A stretch of 64,000 bases of DNA from an uncultured Verrucomicrobiae bacterium (GTDB lineage Bacteria > Verrucomicrobiota > Verrucomicrobiia > Chthoniobacterales > JAFAMB01): assembly GCA_963750185.1 (NCBI GenBank), contig CAVVPV010000004.1:137584-201583 (forward strand), read 5' to 3'. Below are positions 19,872 to 31,811 of the stretch, in pieces. The position numbers and the translations under genes are program-made. Each line of letters opens with the position of its first letter. Position 1 is the stretch's first letter. The notes under the pieces were generated by a model. That model did not search any database. It was not told where the DNA came from and saw nothing but the letters and a program-made list of their open reading frames with translations.

Positions 19872-20909
19872 ATGAGATCGCCCAGCATCGAAATCCGATC
19901 AAAAATCATCTTTGTGGCAATCATCCTCCTCAGCATGAATGTGCTGGCTTGGCTTTGGGCGCTGATTTCTTTCCATGCCTTTCCGCTTCTAATGGGGACG
20001 GCTTTTTTGGCCTACACTTTCGGCCTTCGCCACGCCGTGGACGCTGACCACATTGCGGCCATCGACAATGTCACCCGCAAACTAATGCAGCAGGGACAGC
20101 GTCCCGTCGGTGTCGGGTTATTTTTTTCGCTAGGCCATTCAACTATCGTATTCGGACTATCCGTGGTGATCGCCGTAACGTCGGTGACTCTAAAGGATAA
20201 ATTCGATTCCTTGCAGAGCGTAGGCGGAATCGTTGGCACGAGCGTTTCTGCTTTCTTTCTTTTGGCCATTGCAGCGTTGAATATCCTGGTCCTGATAGGT
20301 ATCTGGAGAACCCTTGAGTCAGTAAAGCAAGGCAAAGCCTACGTCGATGAAGATCTCGATTTGACACTCGCCAAGCGCGGGCTTATGGGCCGAATTTTTC
20401 GGTCACTGTTCCGGTTGATGACCAGCAGCTGGCAGATGTACCTGGTTGGCTTTCTCTTCGGGCTCGGTTTTGACACCGCGACGGAGGTAGGGCTGCTCGG
20501 CATTTCGGCTACACAAGCGTCGAAGGGTCTCCCCATGTGGTCGATCCTCGTCTTTCCGGCCCTTTTCACCGTCGGAATGTGCTTAATCGACTGTATCGAC
20601 AGCCTGCTCATGCTCGGGGCTTACGGTTGGGCCTTCGTGAAGCCGATCCGCAAACTTTACTACAATCTCACGGTTACTTTTGTATCCGTGGTCGTAGCAC
20701 TGTTCGTAGGCGGTCTCGAAGCCATCGGTCTCTTGAAGGACCAGCTAAAATGGAACGGAGGGGTCTGGGACCTGATCGGCGGCTTGAATGATAACCTTGG
20801 TTTGCTTGGTGTTGTGATTTTCGGAGTTTTCCTGCTCGGCTGGATCGGGTCTGTATTGATCTATCGCGTCAAGGGATTTGACCGGCTTGGATCGGGTACA
20901 AGAGTCTGA
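19872..20909 (+). CDS. HoxN/HupN/NixA family nickel/cobalt transporter
   Basis: GLRHAVDADHIAAID, FSLGHST and GLGFDTATE signatures. Confidence 0.92.
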   Translation: MRSPSIEIRSKIIFVAIILLSMNVLAWLWALISFHAFPLLMGTAFLAYTFGLRHAVDADHIAAIDNVTRKLMQQGQRPVGVGLFFSLGHSTIVFGLSVVIAVTSVTLKDKFDSLQSVGGIVGTSVSAFFLLAIAALNILVLIGIWRTLESVKQGKAYVDEDLDLTLAKRGLMGRIFRSLFRLMTSSWQMYLVGFLFGLGFDTATEVGLLGISATQASKGLPMWSILVFPALFTVGMCLIDCIDSLLMLGAYGWAFVKPIRKLYYNLTVTFVSVVVALFVGGLEAIGLLKDQLKWNGGVWDLIGGLNDNLGLLGVVIFGVFLLGWIGSVLIYRVKGFDRLGSGTRV

Positions 20910-21033
20910 GATTAAGTCCGATCTTTAGAAGCCAGAGAGCTTTCGCTTTCAGAAGGTGATTATCAATCATCGTAGCTAACACTGGATCTCTGCAAGACAA
21001 ATCAGCATCAACAAACAAAGAATAGATATTATT

Positions 21034-21996
21034 ATGAACTATCAAAAAGAGCCAATTCTAGAACCAACAACGCAAGCATTCGTCGATAGCACACGCGACG
21101 CGTGGCAGACACTTTATACACTTTCCTATTCAGAAGCCCGCCAGGTTTTGGAAGGGGCACAAGCAAAAGAAGTGGGAAAACTGCCTGCCGATATTGAGGA
21201 AAAGATTCTTCCGGTGGGACCTACCGGCGAAGTTTCCGTTCGCATCTACCGGCCAAAGGGTGCCAAGGGTAACCTGCCGGTGGTAATGTACTACCACGGT
21301 GGTGGTTGGGTATTGGGGAGCAAAAACACGCATGACAGATTGTTGCGCGACCTCGTCAATGGCACCGGCGCCGCTTTCGTCTTTGTGAACTACACGCCCT
21401 CTCCTGAGGCACAGTTTCCAGTTCCGATTGAACAAGACTATGCGGCCACCCAATACATCGCCGAACACGGAAAGGAATTTGGTCTTGATATTGGTCGGCT
21501 CGCGGTGGCAGGTGATAGCGTCGGCGGAAATATGGTCGCTGTGGTTGCGCAGCTCGCAAAAGAGCGCAGAGGGCCGGCGATCCGCTACCAAGTCCTTTTT
21601 TATCCTGTGACCGACGCGAGTCTGTCCCAGAGATCTTACGAGGAATTTGGGAACGGTCCGTGGCTGACAACGGCTGCCATGGTGTGGTTTTGGGATGCTT
21701 ACGCGCCTAATAAGGAAGACCGCAAAAAGACAACAGCTTCTCCTCTATCGGCGACCACGGAGCAGTTAAAGGGCTTGCCCCCGGCACTTATCATTACGGA
21801 CGAAAATGATGTGCTTCGTGATGAAGGCGAGGCGTATGCCAGGAAGCTTATTCAAGCGGGTGTCGATGTGACCGCAGTACGTATGCTAGCAACTCATCAT
21901 GACTTCGCGATGTTGAACGCGTTGGCCGGCACGCCCGCTGCCAAGGCAGCGATTCAACTGGCATCGGAAAAGCTCAGCATTGCTTTCAACGGGTAA
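21034..21996 (+). CDS. Alpha/beta hydrolase, HSL-family esterase
   Basis: HGGG oxyanion motif, GDSVGG nucleophile elbow, DVLRDEG, HDF. Confidence 0.9.
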   Translation: MNYQKEPILEPTTQAFVDSTRDAWQTLYTLSYSEARQVLEGAQAKEVGKLPADIEEKILPVGPTGEVSVRIYRPKGAKGNLPVVMYYHGGGWVLGSKNTHDRLLRDLVNGTGAAFVFVNYTPSPEAQFPVPIEQDYAATQYIAEHGKEFGLDIGRLAVAGDSVGGNMVAVVAQLAKERRGPAIRYQVLFYPVTDASLSQRSYEEFGNGPWLTTAAMVWFWDAYAPNKEDRKKTTASPLSATTEQLKGLPPALIITDENDVLRDEGEAYARKLIQAGVDVTAVRMLATHHDFAMLNALAGTPAAKAAIQLASEKLSIAFNG

Positions 21997-22084
21997 GGAG
22001 GAGTCGTGTAGGCGCATCCTCCTGTCCGCTGATCAGTCGTGAAACTGCCATGCGTATGGTTGCGCATGGCAGAGGATTATCGTT

Positions 22085-22690
22085 TTAGAAAATGGCGCGC
22101 AGGATTCCGCCTTCGCACCGGAGCGCGGCACCGTTCGTGTTGGAGGCAAGCGGGCTGGCAAGATAGGCGACGAGGCTGGCCACCTCGCTGTCTTCCGCCA
22201 TTCGTTGGATGAGTGAGGTCGGCCGTTCTTTTTGGAAGTATTCTTTCTCGACCTCTTCGGTGCTCGCATTAGGGCGGCTTCGCTGGAGACGAAGATGACC
22301 CGACCCGAGTTGCGCTTGAGCATGGCGGGGAAGTAGTGCCGCGCCAGCCGAATCCCTCCCAGAAGATTGACCTCGAAATAATGCAGCCAATCCTCGTCAG
22401 TGATATCCGTAAAATCCTTCGATTCGTAGATGCCGAGATTGTTCACGAGGATGTCAGTCTCTGGCACCTGCGCGATGAGTTTGTTGGCTCCTTCTGCCGT
22501 GCCAAGATCCGTTTCGATGCCGTGCGCCTTACCCGAGAGCGTGGCGATCGCTTGGTTTACCTTCTTAATGTTGCGTCCAGGAATGGTTACCTCGACCCCT
22601 TCTTCAGCCAACATGCGAGCGATCGCGAGACCGATCCCCGCCGAGCCACCGGTGACGATCGCTCTCTTGCCTTTCAATTGCAGGTCTATA
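22085..22690 (-). pseudogene. SDR oxidoreductase with lost start codon and an internal deletion
   Basis: ATA GAC CTG (expected M-D-L) follows AAGGA; TGGSAGIG and NNLG motifs; the YxxxK region is missing and the C-terminus NGAALRCEGG resumes in another frame at ~22270. Confidence 0.8.
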
Positions 22691-22722
22691 GTGAATTGTC
22701 CTTAGTTGTTGGGTTTTGGTTG

Positions 22723-23928
22723 TTAGTTGGTTGCGATTTTAATTGGCTCCGGCGCATTGACCTTGACCAGCGTACCGTCGCTCAAAGTGTCGGTCGGATT
22801 CGCCACAAAGCGGGTGCCTGGCTCCAGACCGGTAGCGATCTCGACGGTTTTGCCAAAGTCGCGACCTAGCACCACAGGACGGAGGGTAACGCGACCATTG
22901 CTATCGACCGCCGCGATCTGTGGTCCGTTGGCCTCGATGATTACGGCGCGTGATGCGACCACCACCGCTGGGTGCTCTTGCAGGAGATTAAACTTCACCT
23001 CCGCATAGAGGCCGGGTATAAGCTCGCCTTGTTCGTTTGGCACCTGTACTTCCGTGCGCAGCGTTCGCGTGTCCGGATCCAGAGCTCCTGCGGTGCGCAC
23101 CACCTTGCCCATAAAGGCGCGACCGGGAAACTCGCGGAAGGTAAGCTCGGCGGGAACGCCCTCATTGATCAGGCGATAGTGGCTTTGCGGTACATTGACG
23201 AAGACGCGGAGCGTACTGGTCTGCGCGATGCGGAAGAGCATGCGCGCGCTACTATTATCCCCGCTGATGAGCGCACCGATATCGGTGTTGCGAATGATGA
23301 TGGTGCCGGCGTACGGAGCGATAATCTTCTGGAATTCCTGCATGCGAGTGAGACGCTGGACATTTGCTTGTGCAGCGGCGACGTCGGCTTTGACGGTTTC
23401 AAGCTGCACCCGGCGCTCATCGTACTCCTGTGCGGCGACAACCTTCGACTGGAGTAGTCTCTTCCACCGCTCAAAGGTCGTCTGCGTGAGACTGAGGTTC
23501 GCCTCGGCCTGCGCTAGTGAGGCCTGTGCCTGGCGGAGCTGCTCGTCGATTTCGGGCGTCTCGATTTCCGCAAGAATCTGGCCGGCCTCGACATGAGCCC
23601 CAATGTCCACGGTGAACGACCTGAGGTAGCCGTTAGTGCGGGCGTAAATCGGTGTATCCCGTACCGCCTCGACGGAGGCAGGCAACATGATTTGCACGGT
23701 GGCCGCGCCCGGTTGGGCCGTCTCGACGATCAGGGCCGAAGAGGATGGTGCGGCGGACTTCAGTTGCTTCGCGTGGCTAAGCTTTGGCAGTACGCCGACG
23801 GCAAATAGCCCGCCAAGCCCGATGACCAACCCGACGATGAGCACTGGCGAGAGAAACCGGCTGGCTGGTTTTTTTACAACGACTTCAGGGGCCCGGTCGA
23901 CCGCTGCATTTTCAGTTCCTGTGTACAT
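22723..23928 (-). CDS. RND efflux periplasmic adaptor (membrane fusion protein)
   Basis: N-terminal TM, lipoyl halves (IYARTNGYL...IIAPYAGTI), coiled coil, LIPGLY. Confidence 0.9.
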   Translation of the reverse strand: MYTGTENAAVDRAPEVVVKKPASRFLSPVLIVGLVIGLGGLFAVGVLPKLSHAKQLKSAAPSSSALIVETAQPGAATVQIMLPASVEAVRDTPIYARTNGYLRSFTVDIGAHVEAGQILAEIETPEIDEQLRQAQASLAQAEANLSLTQTTFERWKRLLQSKVVAAQEYDERRVQLETVKADVAAAQANVQRLTRMQEFQKIIAPYAGTIIIRNTDIGALISGDNSSARMLFRIAQTSTLRVFVNVPQSHYRLINEGVPAELTFREFPGRAFMGKVVRTAGALDPDTRTLRTEVQVPNEQGELIPGLYAEVKFNLLQEHPAVVVASRAVIIEANGPQIAAVDSNGRVTLRPVVLGRDFGKTVEIATGLEPGTRFVANPTDTLSDGTLVKVNAPEPIKIATN

Positions 23929-23961
23929 GGTTTTCAGCTGTAACTTGATTCTCAGCGACCG

Positions 23962-26900
23962 TTACCGATCGGTGTGTTTTCCAACGAAAGGCTCCATATC
24001 GATGGTGCAAGCGTCGGGCTTGACCACAGTGCCCTCCGCCAGGATAGGGTTCGCTTCGCGCCGCAGGAGGCTGAACACGACCGGTACGAAAAAGAGTGTC
24101 GCCAGAGTAGCCACGCTCAGGCCGCCGATCACGGCGCGTCCCAAGGGGGCGTTCTGCTCGGCGCCTTCGCCGAGCGCGAGAGCCATTGGGAGCATACCGA
24201 CAATCATCGCCGAGGCAGTCATGATAACGGGACGCAGACGAGTGCTGCCGGCCGCAAGAGCAGCAGCGATAGATGTTTTACCCGCGAGCATCTGCTGGTT
24301 TGCGAACGTCACAACCAGGATCGAGTTTGCCGTAGCGACACCGATGGTCATCATTGCCCCCATCAGCGAGGGGACGTTGAAGGTCGTACCCCAAAGGAAA
24401 AGGCTCCAGATGATGCCGGCGACTGCGCCGGGCAACGCCGAGATAATAATGAGCGGGTCGACGAGCGATTGGTAGTTCACTACCATCAGCAAATAGGCGA
24501 GGGCGATGGCCGCAATGAAGCCGATGCCGAGGAGCAGGAACGCGGAATCCATGTTCACAACCAGACCGCGCACGAAGATCTGATTGCCGGGAGACATCTT
24601 CTGCTCGTACTCGGCAACAATTTTATTGATGTCGGTGATCACGCCGCCCAGATCCCGGCCCTGCGCGTTCGCGTAGATGTCGTAGACAGGCTGGATGTTG
24701 AAATGATTGATGACGGATTGTGTCTGGCGGCGCTCTAGCGTGGCCAGGTTTGCGAGCAACTGCGGCTCGCTGCCGGTGCGGCTTGCGACCGGAGTGTTCA
24801 TGAGCGAATCAATGGAATCGATTTTGGTCTCCGGCGTTTTCACCGCGAGGAAGTTGGGAATGCCGAGAACGGGATCGACCCAATAATTCGGCGTGACCTG
24901 TGTACTAGAGCTGAACGAGATCAACAGATCATTCGCCAGGTCCTCCTGGGTAAGACCGTTCTTCGCTAGAAGCGTCCGATCGGCGTTAAGACGCAGCTCG
25001 GGTGCATCCATTTGCTGGTGAATATGGACGTCGACCGCGCCCGGAATCTTTGCGATCTGGTCGCGTAGTTCTCGGGCGATCTTCACGTTGTGCGCCCGAT
25101 CGTAACCAGCTACACGGACGTTGATCGGAGACTGCAAACCGAAATTCAGGATCTGGCTGACGATGTCGGCCGGCTGGAAGTAAAAGGTGAGGTCGGGAAA
25201 TTTCTCCTGCAGGCCTTTGCGTAGGACCTCCGTGTAAGCCGGTGCGCCCTGGCTGCGTTCGTGGGTGAGTGAGATTAAGATTTCGCCGTCGGAAACACCG
25301 ACCGTGGCGCTATCACCGAATCCGCTGTTGTAAGCGTCCGCGGGGACACCGATGTTATCGAGCACGAGGGACAAGTCCTTGGTCGGGATGATGCGGCGGA
25401 TTTCCTCCTCGACTGCGGAGAAAACTTTCTCGGTCTCTTCGATGCGCAGCCCGGTTTTAGCGACAACGTGGAGGCGGATCTGACCGGCATCGACAGTCGG
25501 GAAAAAGTCGCGCCCGACAAATGGCGTCAAGGCGAACGCGCTCCCGAGCAGCAGCGCAAAAAGGGTGATTACGGTCAGGCGATGATGAAGAGACCAATCG
25601 AGCGCGGCGGTATAGCAAGCGCGAACAGCCTCGAAGCCGCGGTTGAATCCATGCTGGATACGACCGAAGAAAGTAGTGGGTGTCGCGTTCTCGGGCAGGT
25701 GTGTTTCGTTTTTCAGCAGGTATTTCACCAGCACCGGCACGACCGTGCGCGAAAGGATGTAGGAAGTGAACACGGCGAAAACGAGCGCGAGGCCGCCGAG
25801 CGTTATTACATTGATGCTGTAGCCAAGCGCGCTCAGGATCGCCAACGAAGTCAGAATCGAGAGCGGGATCGAGATGAGCACGATGAGCGTGCTGCGCCAT
25901 GAGCCGAGAAAGAGGAGGATCAATGCGCCTGTAAGGCAAGCGGCAATCAGGCCCTCATGCAACACGCTCTCGATGGCGTTATCAATGAACACCGACTGGT
26001 CGAACAAAAGCCCGATTTTCATCCCTGGAGGTGCGGCGGCCTGGATACCGGGAAGGAGCTTTTTCACGTTATCGACGATGTCGAGCGTGGAGGCCTTGCC
26101 GTTTTTGAGGATCGTGAGGAGCGTGGACCGCTTGCCCTCGGTGCGCACAATATTTTGCTGTGGTGCGAACCCGTCATGCACATTCGCCACGTCGCGCACA
26201 TACACCACGATACCGTTCTCGGTTTTCACAGGGATGCTGCTGATAGATTCCAGCAGGTCCGGGCTGTTGTTGACGCTTACGCGGTACTCGGTGTCAGAGA
26301 TTTTTGCGTTGTCGGACGGGAGAGCAAGGTTCTGCAGGTTGATTGCGTTGTTCACGTCACGCGCAGAAAGGCCTTTTGCTTGGAGCGCAGCGGGATCAAG
26401 GTCGATCATGATCTGGCGCACCTTGCCACCGTAGGGAGCGGGAAGGTTGATGCCATTTACCACCGCGATCTGCTGGCGGACGCGGAAGATGCCGTAATCA
26501 TAAAGCTCGGACTCGGAGAGTTTGTCGCTCGAGAGGCTCATCTGTACGATCGGCACGCTGGCGGCCGTGTAGCGGAGGATGAAGGGGGGCTGCACGCCGG
26601 AAGGCATGCGCCGGAGGATGGCCTGCGAGATCGCGGTGGCTTGCCCCAAGGCCTCGGATATTTTCGCCCCCGGATGGAAATAGAGCCGGATGACGCCGAG
26701 TCCATCCAGTGTCTGAGCCTCGATCCGCTCGACATCATTAACAGTCGCGGAAAGGGAGTATTCGCTATAGACCGTGATTCGCCGCTCGAATTCCTGGGCA
26801 GGGAGACCGCTGTACGTCCAAATCACACTGATAACCGGGATGTCAATATCCGGAAAGATATCCTTTGGGGTGCGGATGAGAGCGGCCGCACCGAGGGCGG

Positions 26901-26964
26901 TGAGTAACACTGACATCACCAAGAAGGTGTACGGACGGCGAAGAGCTAGGCGGACGATCCACAT
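23962..26964 (-). pseudogene. AcrB/AcrD/AcrF-family RND permease with an in-frame internal deletion
   Basis: MWIVRLALRRP start and RLRPVIMT motif; TLGGLAL is joined directly to VFAVFTSYILS at ~25783, so the TM4 di-aspartate motif and TM5 are absent. Confidence 0.8.
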
Positions 26965-27347
26965 AAGCTAGTGTTGGTTAACGCATCGTTGAGCAAGACG
27001 GGCCGTCTGCTACCTCAGCCAAACGACCTGGTTTTGTGTTCATATGCGAGCGTAGCCATCCCTCCAGGGTGGGTTCAATTACACCTTGGTTTGTATCGAC
27101 TAACCAATTTCCTACCCTTCTCTGGCGTTGCTTAATCGGGTAACGTATTGAGCTTGACCTAGCTGGGTTCCACACCCGGTCCGCGCACGGTTTATCCCTA
27201 AACCCTTTGTGATCTTTCCGGTCTTTTGTGCATTTGCTTTTTGTTACCCATCGAGCCGGATGCCAACAAGAGCCTGAGCGGGGTTCTTCTCGAAGTTAAC
27301 CAACCGCTGGCGGCGATAGTGACAACGCCGAGGCCTGTCTGCGCTGG

Positions 27348-27470
27348 CGCTGCGCGGGCGATGATGTCCCATTCAGCGGCAGGCTATCCGCGAGCATTAT
27401 TTCGTAAGGTTTCATGACTTCGGTGGCGAGTGCCTCCTTACTTTTGAAATGGTAGATTGAGCGCCCGAGG
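27348..27470 (-). pseudogene. TetR-family regulator fragment
   Basis: Minus strand reads SIYHFKSKEALATEVM, the TetR helix 3-4 motif. Confidence 0.5.
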
Positions 27471-27471
27471 C

Positions 27472-28201
27472 TTATCCTGAATCGGCGGTCATCGCTACCA
27501 CTCCGGGGTGCTGAAGCCGGCGTTGGGCGGTAATCGCGAATATTTCCATTCGCAAACCTTTGGCGATTCCGATTGTTTGTAAGCGGGACGAACGCGCGAT
27601 TTCATCTAACACAGCCGAATAGACCGGCACGAATCCGAGTCCTTGAGTTCCTAGATCTGTTAATAGCGCCGTGTCTTCGACCTCGGCCACAACCCGGGGT
27701 TGAACACGGCGCGATTCGAACCAGTGCTCAAGCTGACGGCGAAGGGACATCTCAGCCACTGGGAGTATTGCGGGCGCGCCGTCCAAGGAGCGCGGAAAAT
27801 CCTTGGCTAGGCGCTTTGCGAGGAGTGGAGCGGCGCAAATCACGACATCCGAGGTGCTCACGCGCTGATTGAATGTCCTTACGCGTAGAGCGCTTGTGGA
27901 TGGTTCGTCCGCCAGGACAACATCCAGCTTGTGCCCAGCCAACTGCGTGATGAGTTCGTCCAGCGAAGCTTCTCGGGCAATCACGCGCACCGATCGGCCA
28001 AGTTTGAATACCGGGGTAAGCTGCTGGCGCACGATTATTTTCGGCACCGAATCGGCTACACCGACGTGCAAACGGAGAGGACGTTGACCCGGCTCCTGGT
28101 GTACTGCGGTCAAAAGCTCACGGCCTAAAGAGAAGATCTCTTCCGCATACTGGAGAACCGTCTGTCCAGTATCCGTGGTAATTGAGGATACTCGGTGACA
28201 T
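27472..28201 (-). pseudogene. NhaR-like LysR regulator with the HTH deleted
   Basis: ATG at 28201 gives MSPSILNYH, then the sequence jumps out of frame at ~28175 to TDTGQTVLQYAEEIFSLGREL...VGVADSVPK; substrate-binding domain intact. Confidence 0.75.
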
Positions 28202-28577
28202 TAGAATTTATGGAAGATATTATTCGATTCTTCGTATTAGGAACTTCGATTAGCCAAGGCGAATGATTCAGCAAGACGAAAACCATCGCATTAAAAGACA
28301 AAATACGAGTACCCACGCCATTACTTTAGTACCAGCACTTACCGATGATTCCGCCGGCGATAATCTGCCTATGCGATTCCTTCAGATCGACGGTGACTTC
28401 CAACATCAGTCAACCTTCAGAATAACGTCTAGACATGAACTACCCATATCCCATATTTTATCTGGACGTCCAACTGGCAAAGAAACGATTAGCGCAGGTT
28501 TTCGAGCCGGAACGCGATGTGCCCGCCGACAATCTGTCTGCGCCGATCACGAGAAGCAGGCCCACTATTACATCCGT

Positions 28578-28861
28578 ATGAAACATGCTACCGGTTCGCT
28601 GGAATTTCTGCGCCGCGTTTCACGAAGACGTCGCTCGGCTCAACGCAGCGTAGCGTCAATCTCCGAATACATGGAGGAGGGGGCAGCGCTGCTCACGCCC
28701 GGACACCTTGACGATCTGCGGACAGCGCTACCGCTCCTGAAATCGGCTACGCCGATGATTCGTTGATCGTGCGCACAGTCCTGAACCGGCACCAGGATGT
28801 TTTCCACGAGTATTGCCGTTTTCGAAACATCCGCTGGGAGAACAGCATCTTCGCCCCTTAG
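28578..28861 (+). pseudogene. DUF1232/YkvA-like protein with an internal deletion
   Basis: ISEYMEEGAALLTP N-terminal part joined out of frame at ~28735 to PEIGYADDSLIV. Confidence 0.5.
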
Positions 28862-28996
28862 CAAGCAGCGGACTAAACCCTGTTCTTGGAAAAGCATGTG
28901 TTACCGTATCCTGAATCAGACAATATTAGAAAGAATGGGCCCTGATGAGTGACACCAATTACTGATATTGCTTGCGAAATCTTTCTATTTTCCAAA

Positions 28997-30097
28997 ATGA
29001 AGTCGTTGCTAAAACCGTCACTGAACTGGCTGCTGGTTTTTGTTCCTTTAGCCATCGTGCTGCGCATCTGGCCGCGGTTTGAGAACGAAACAGCTTTGTT
29101 CGTCTGCTCCTGCGTTGCAGTCGTTCCTCTGGCAGGCTGGATGGGCCGTGCGACTGAGGAACTCGCCGAACATCTTGGCCACGGAGCCGGAGGACTATTG
29201 AATGCCACTTTCGGTAACGCTGCCGAGTTAATTATTGCACTGATGGCGCTGTCGAAGGGGCTGACCGGTGTGGTGAAGGCGTCAATCACAGGCTCGATCA
29301 TCGGCAATGTGCTGCTCGTCATGGGAGGTTCAATTCTGGCTGGTGGTCTGAAATTTCGGGAGCAACGCTTCAACAAAACTGCCGCGCGGGCCTCGACGAC
29401 GACGCTGACACTCGCGGCCGTTGCACTGGCCATTCCCACGGTCTTCCATGTGAGCGCCTCCGGACGCTCCGGCGGGTGGACACAGGCGACCGAGCAAAAG
29501 CTGTCTCTTGCCATCGCGGTCGTTCTTTTCGTGACTTACGCTTGCATGCTCGGCTTTGAGTTGGTTACCCACAAGCAACTCTACGCCGGAGATCCACAGG
29601 ACAGTGGCGAATACCGGAAGGAAACCAGCGGCTGGTCACTGTCCAAGTCGGTTCTCGTACTGATCATTGCCACGTCTTTGATCGCCCTGATGTCCGAGTT
29701 CCTGGTCGGCGCGGTGGAGGTCGCGCGAACGGCTCTGGGACTCAGCGAGGTCTTCGTTGGTGTCATTGTGATCGCGGTGATCGGTAACGCTGCCGAGCAC
29801 TCTACGGCCGTAATGATGGCGATGAAAAACAAGATGGGTCTCAGCCTTGGCATCGCCGTAGGGTCGAGTTTACAGATCACGCTCTTTGTCGCGCCGGTGC
29901 TCGTCTTTTTCTCGTATATTTTCGGCCGGCCAATGGATTTGGAGTTTACGGTGCCTGAGGTTGTGGCGGTGATTGTCGCTGTACATCTGATTTTTCAAAT
30001 CAATGGTGACGGTGAAACCAATTGGCTTGAGGGCGTGCAGCTTCTGTCGCTCTACCTGATTCTGGGTATCTTGTTTTTCTACCTTCCTGAAAGATAA
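28997..30097 (+). CDS. Calcium/proton antiporter (CAX/ChaA family)
   Basis: Two GNAAE alpha-repeat motifs ([17 protein letters not shown]); TNWLEG. Confidence 0.92.
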   Translation: MKSLLKPSLNWLLVFVPLAIVLRIWPRFENETALFVCSCVAVVPLAGWMGRATEELAEHLGHGAGGLLNATFGNAAELIIALMALSKGLTGVVKASITGSIIGNVLLVMGGSILAGGLKFREQRFNKTAARASTTTLTLAAVALAIPTVFHVSASGRSGGWTQATEQKLSLAIAVVLFVTYACMLGFELVTHKQLYAGDPQDSGEYRKETSGWSLSKSVLVLIIATSLIALMSEFLVGAVEVARTALGLSEVFVGVIVIAVIGNAAEHSTAVMMAMKNKMGLSLGIAVGSSLQITLFVAPVLVFFSYIFGRPMDLEFTVPEVVAVIVAVHLIFQINGDGETNWLEGVQLLSLYLILGILFFYLPER

Positions 30098-30362
30098 GGT
30101 CGAGGTAACTGCGCGAAGATTCTGCTTCGTTGGCGACTGGCTCAACGAGTCTTCCAATTATATTTCCATATCTCTTTTTTCTAGTTGTTGAGTGATGAAA
30201 CAAGAGGCTCCCGCCTCGCGTTCGGTGTTAGCGTCGATAGACAATGGGATTTGAGAGACCGGCTGTTTCTTGTCCCATTTGCCCTTGATTTCATGTGGCC
30301 AGAATAGCCATCCCTTGACATAACGCTTTTTCGTTGGAGTGGTTGACAACCCGCCATGCTTT

Positions 30363-31811
30363 ATGAGGGATTTAGCCAAATACTCGCGCGCAATTGCTGA
30401 ATATTTGTCCGCCGGCGTCGCCCTCGCATTTATAACCGATCTCTGCTTCCAACTCCGACTGAATCTCGCGACTCCCGCTTTGCTGTATCTTATTGTCATC
30501 GTGTTGCTCTCTCTCCGCGGCAGCTTCCTTTCTTCTGCCATTTTCTCGTTCATCGCGGTTGGCCTCTTGGCTTACTATTTTGTGCCACCGGTTTTCTCTT
30601 TCAGCGTGGCTGATTCGTTCGATCTAGTGACCATCATTGCTTTTTTGACGACTTCAGGAGTTATCACCCGTCTGGTCTCGAGGCTGCGCGAATTGATGCA
30701 GGAAAAGCTGCGCCAAAACGAGGTGTACTTGGCCGAAGCGCAACGTTTGAGCCATACCGGTAACTTCTGCTGGAAGACATCCACCGGCGAAATGCTCTGG
30801 TCGGAGGAAATATTCCGGATCTTCCAATACGATCCGTCGACAAAGCCGAGTCTGGGACTTATTCTCCAACGTGTTGATCCTGAGGACGCTAGCTTCGTGA
30901 AAGAAACGATCGAACGCGCAGCGCAGGAAAAAAAGGATCTCGAACTCGAACACCAAATGCTGATGCCGGATGGCACCAGGAAGCATGTCCACCTTGTGGC
31001 CCATGCCGAAAGAAATAAGTCAGGCGAGCCACGGTTTATCGGAGCGGTGATGGACATAACCGAACGCAAGCGGGCCGATCAAGCATTACGCAAAGCGGAA
31101 GCGAATCTCGCTCGCGCGACGCGCCTGACGACGATGGGTGAACTAGCTGCCTCTATCGCGCACGAAGTTAACCAGCCGCTGGCGGCGATAGTGACAAACG
31201 CCGAGGCCTGTCTGCGCTGGCTGGACCGTCAATCTCCCGATCTCGACGAAGCCCGTGATGCTGTCCAGGAAATTATTCGCGATGCAAACCGAGGCAGCGA
31301 TGTGATTGCGCGGATTCGGAGATCATTGAAAAAGGAGCCACCCTCCAGGATGCGCTTGAACATTAACGAGATCGTTCGGGAGACAATCGCCCTGGCGCGC
31401 GTGGACTTGCAGGGTACGGCAGTCCAGACAGAACTGGCTGGTAGATTGCCAGACGTGAGTGCGGACCGCGTCCTATTGCAGCAGGTACTGCTGAATCTAA
31501 CGGTGAATGCGATTGACGCTATGAAACCAGTGACAGACCGCCCTCGCCTCCTGCGCATCCGTACGGAGGATCATGAGGGCCCAGCGATACAGGTCTCGGT
31601 CCAAGATTCGGGAGTGGGCCTCAATTTGAAGCAGCTTGACCAGATCTTTGAACCATTTTACACGACTAAAACCGATGGGTTAGGCATGGGACTTTCCGTT
31701 TGTCGCTCGATCGTCGAAGATTATGGAGGTCGCTTGTGGGCTGAGCCTAGCCCGGGAACAGGCGCGACATTCCAGTTTACCTTGCCCGTAGTATCAGGAG
31801 GCGCCGCATGA
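30363..31811 (+). CDS. Membrane PAS-domain sensor histidine kinase
   Basis: N-terminal TMs, PAS/PAC, H-box SIAHEVNQPL, N-box QQVLLNLTVNAIDA, G-boxes DSGVG and GLGMGL. Confidence 0.92.
   Translation: MRDLAKYSRAIAEYLSAGVALAFITDLCFQLRLNLATPALLYLIVIVLLSLRGSFLSSAIFSFIAVGLLAYYFVPPVFSFSVADSFDLVTIIAFLTTSGVITRLVSRLRELMQEKLRQNEVYLAEAQRLSHTGNFCWKTSTGEMLWSEEIFRIFQYDPSTKPSLGLILQRVDPEDASFVKETIERAAQEKKDLELEHQMLMPDGTRKHVHLVAHAERNKSGEPRFIGAVMDITERKRADQALRKAEANLARATRLTTMGELAASIAHEVNQPLAAIVTNAEACLRWLDRQSPDLDEARDAVQEIIRDANRGSDVIARIRRSLKKEPPSRMRLNINEIVRETIALARVDLQGTAVQTELAGRLPDVSADRVLLQQVLLNLTVNAIDAMKPVTDRPRLLRIRTEDHEGPAIQVSVQDSGVGLNLKQLDQIFEPFYTTKTDGLGMGLSVCRSIVEDYGGRLWAEPSPGTGATFQFTLPVVSGGAA

Noticed and set aside
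23687-26907. Long plus-strand ORFs (262, 254 and 316 aa)
   Set aside because: Antisense shadows of the GC-rich RND efflux genes.
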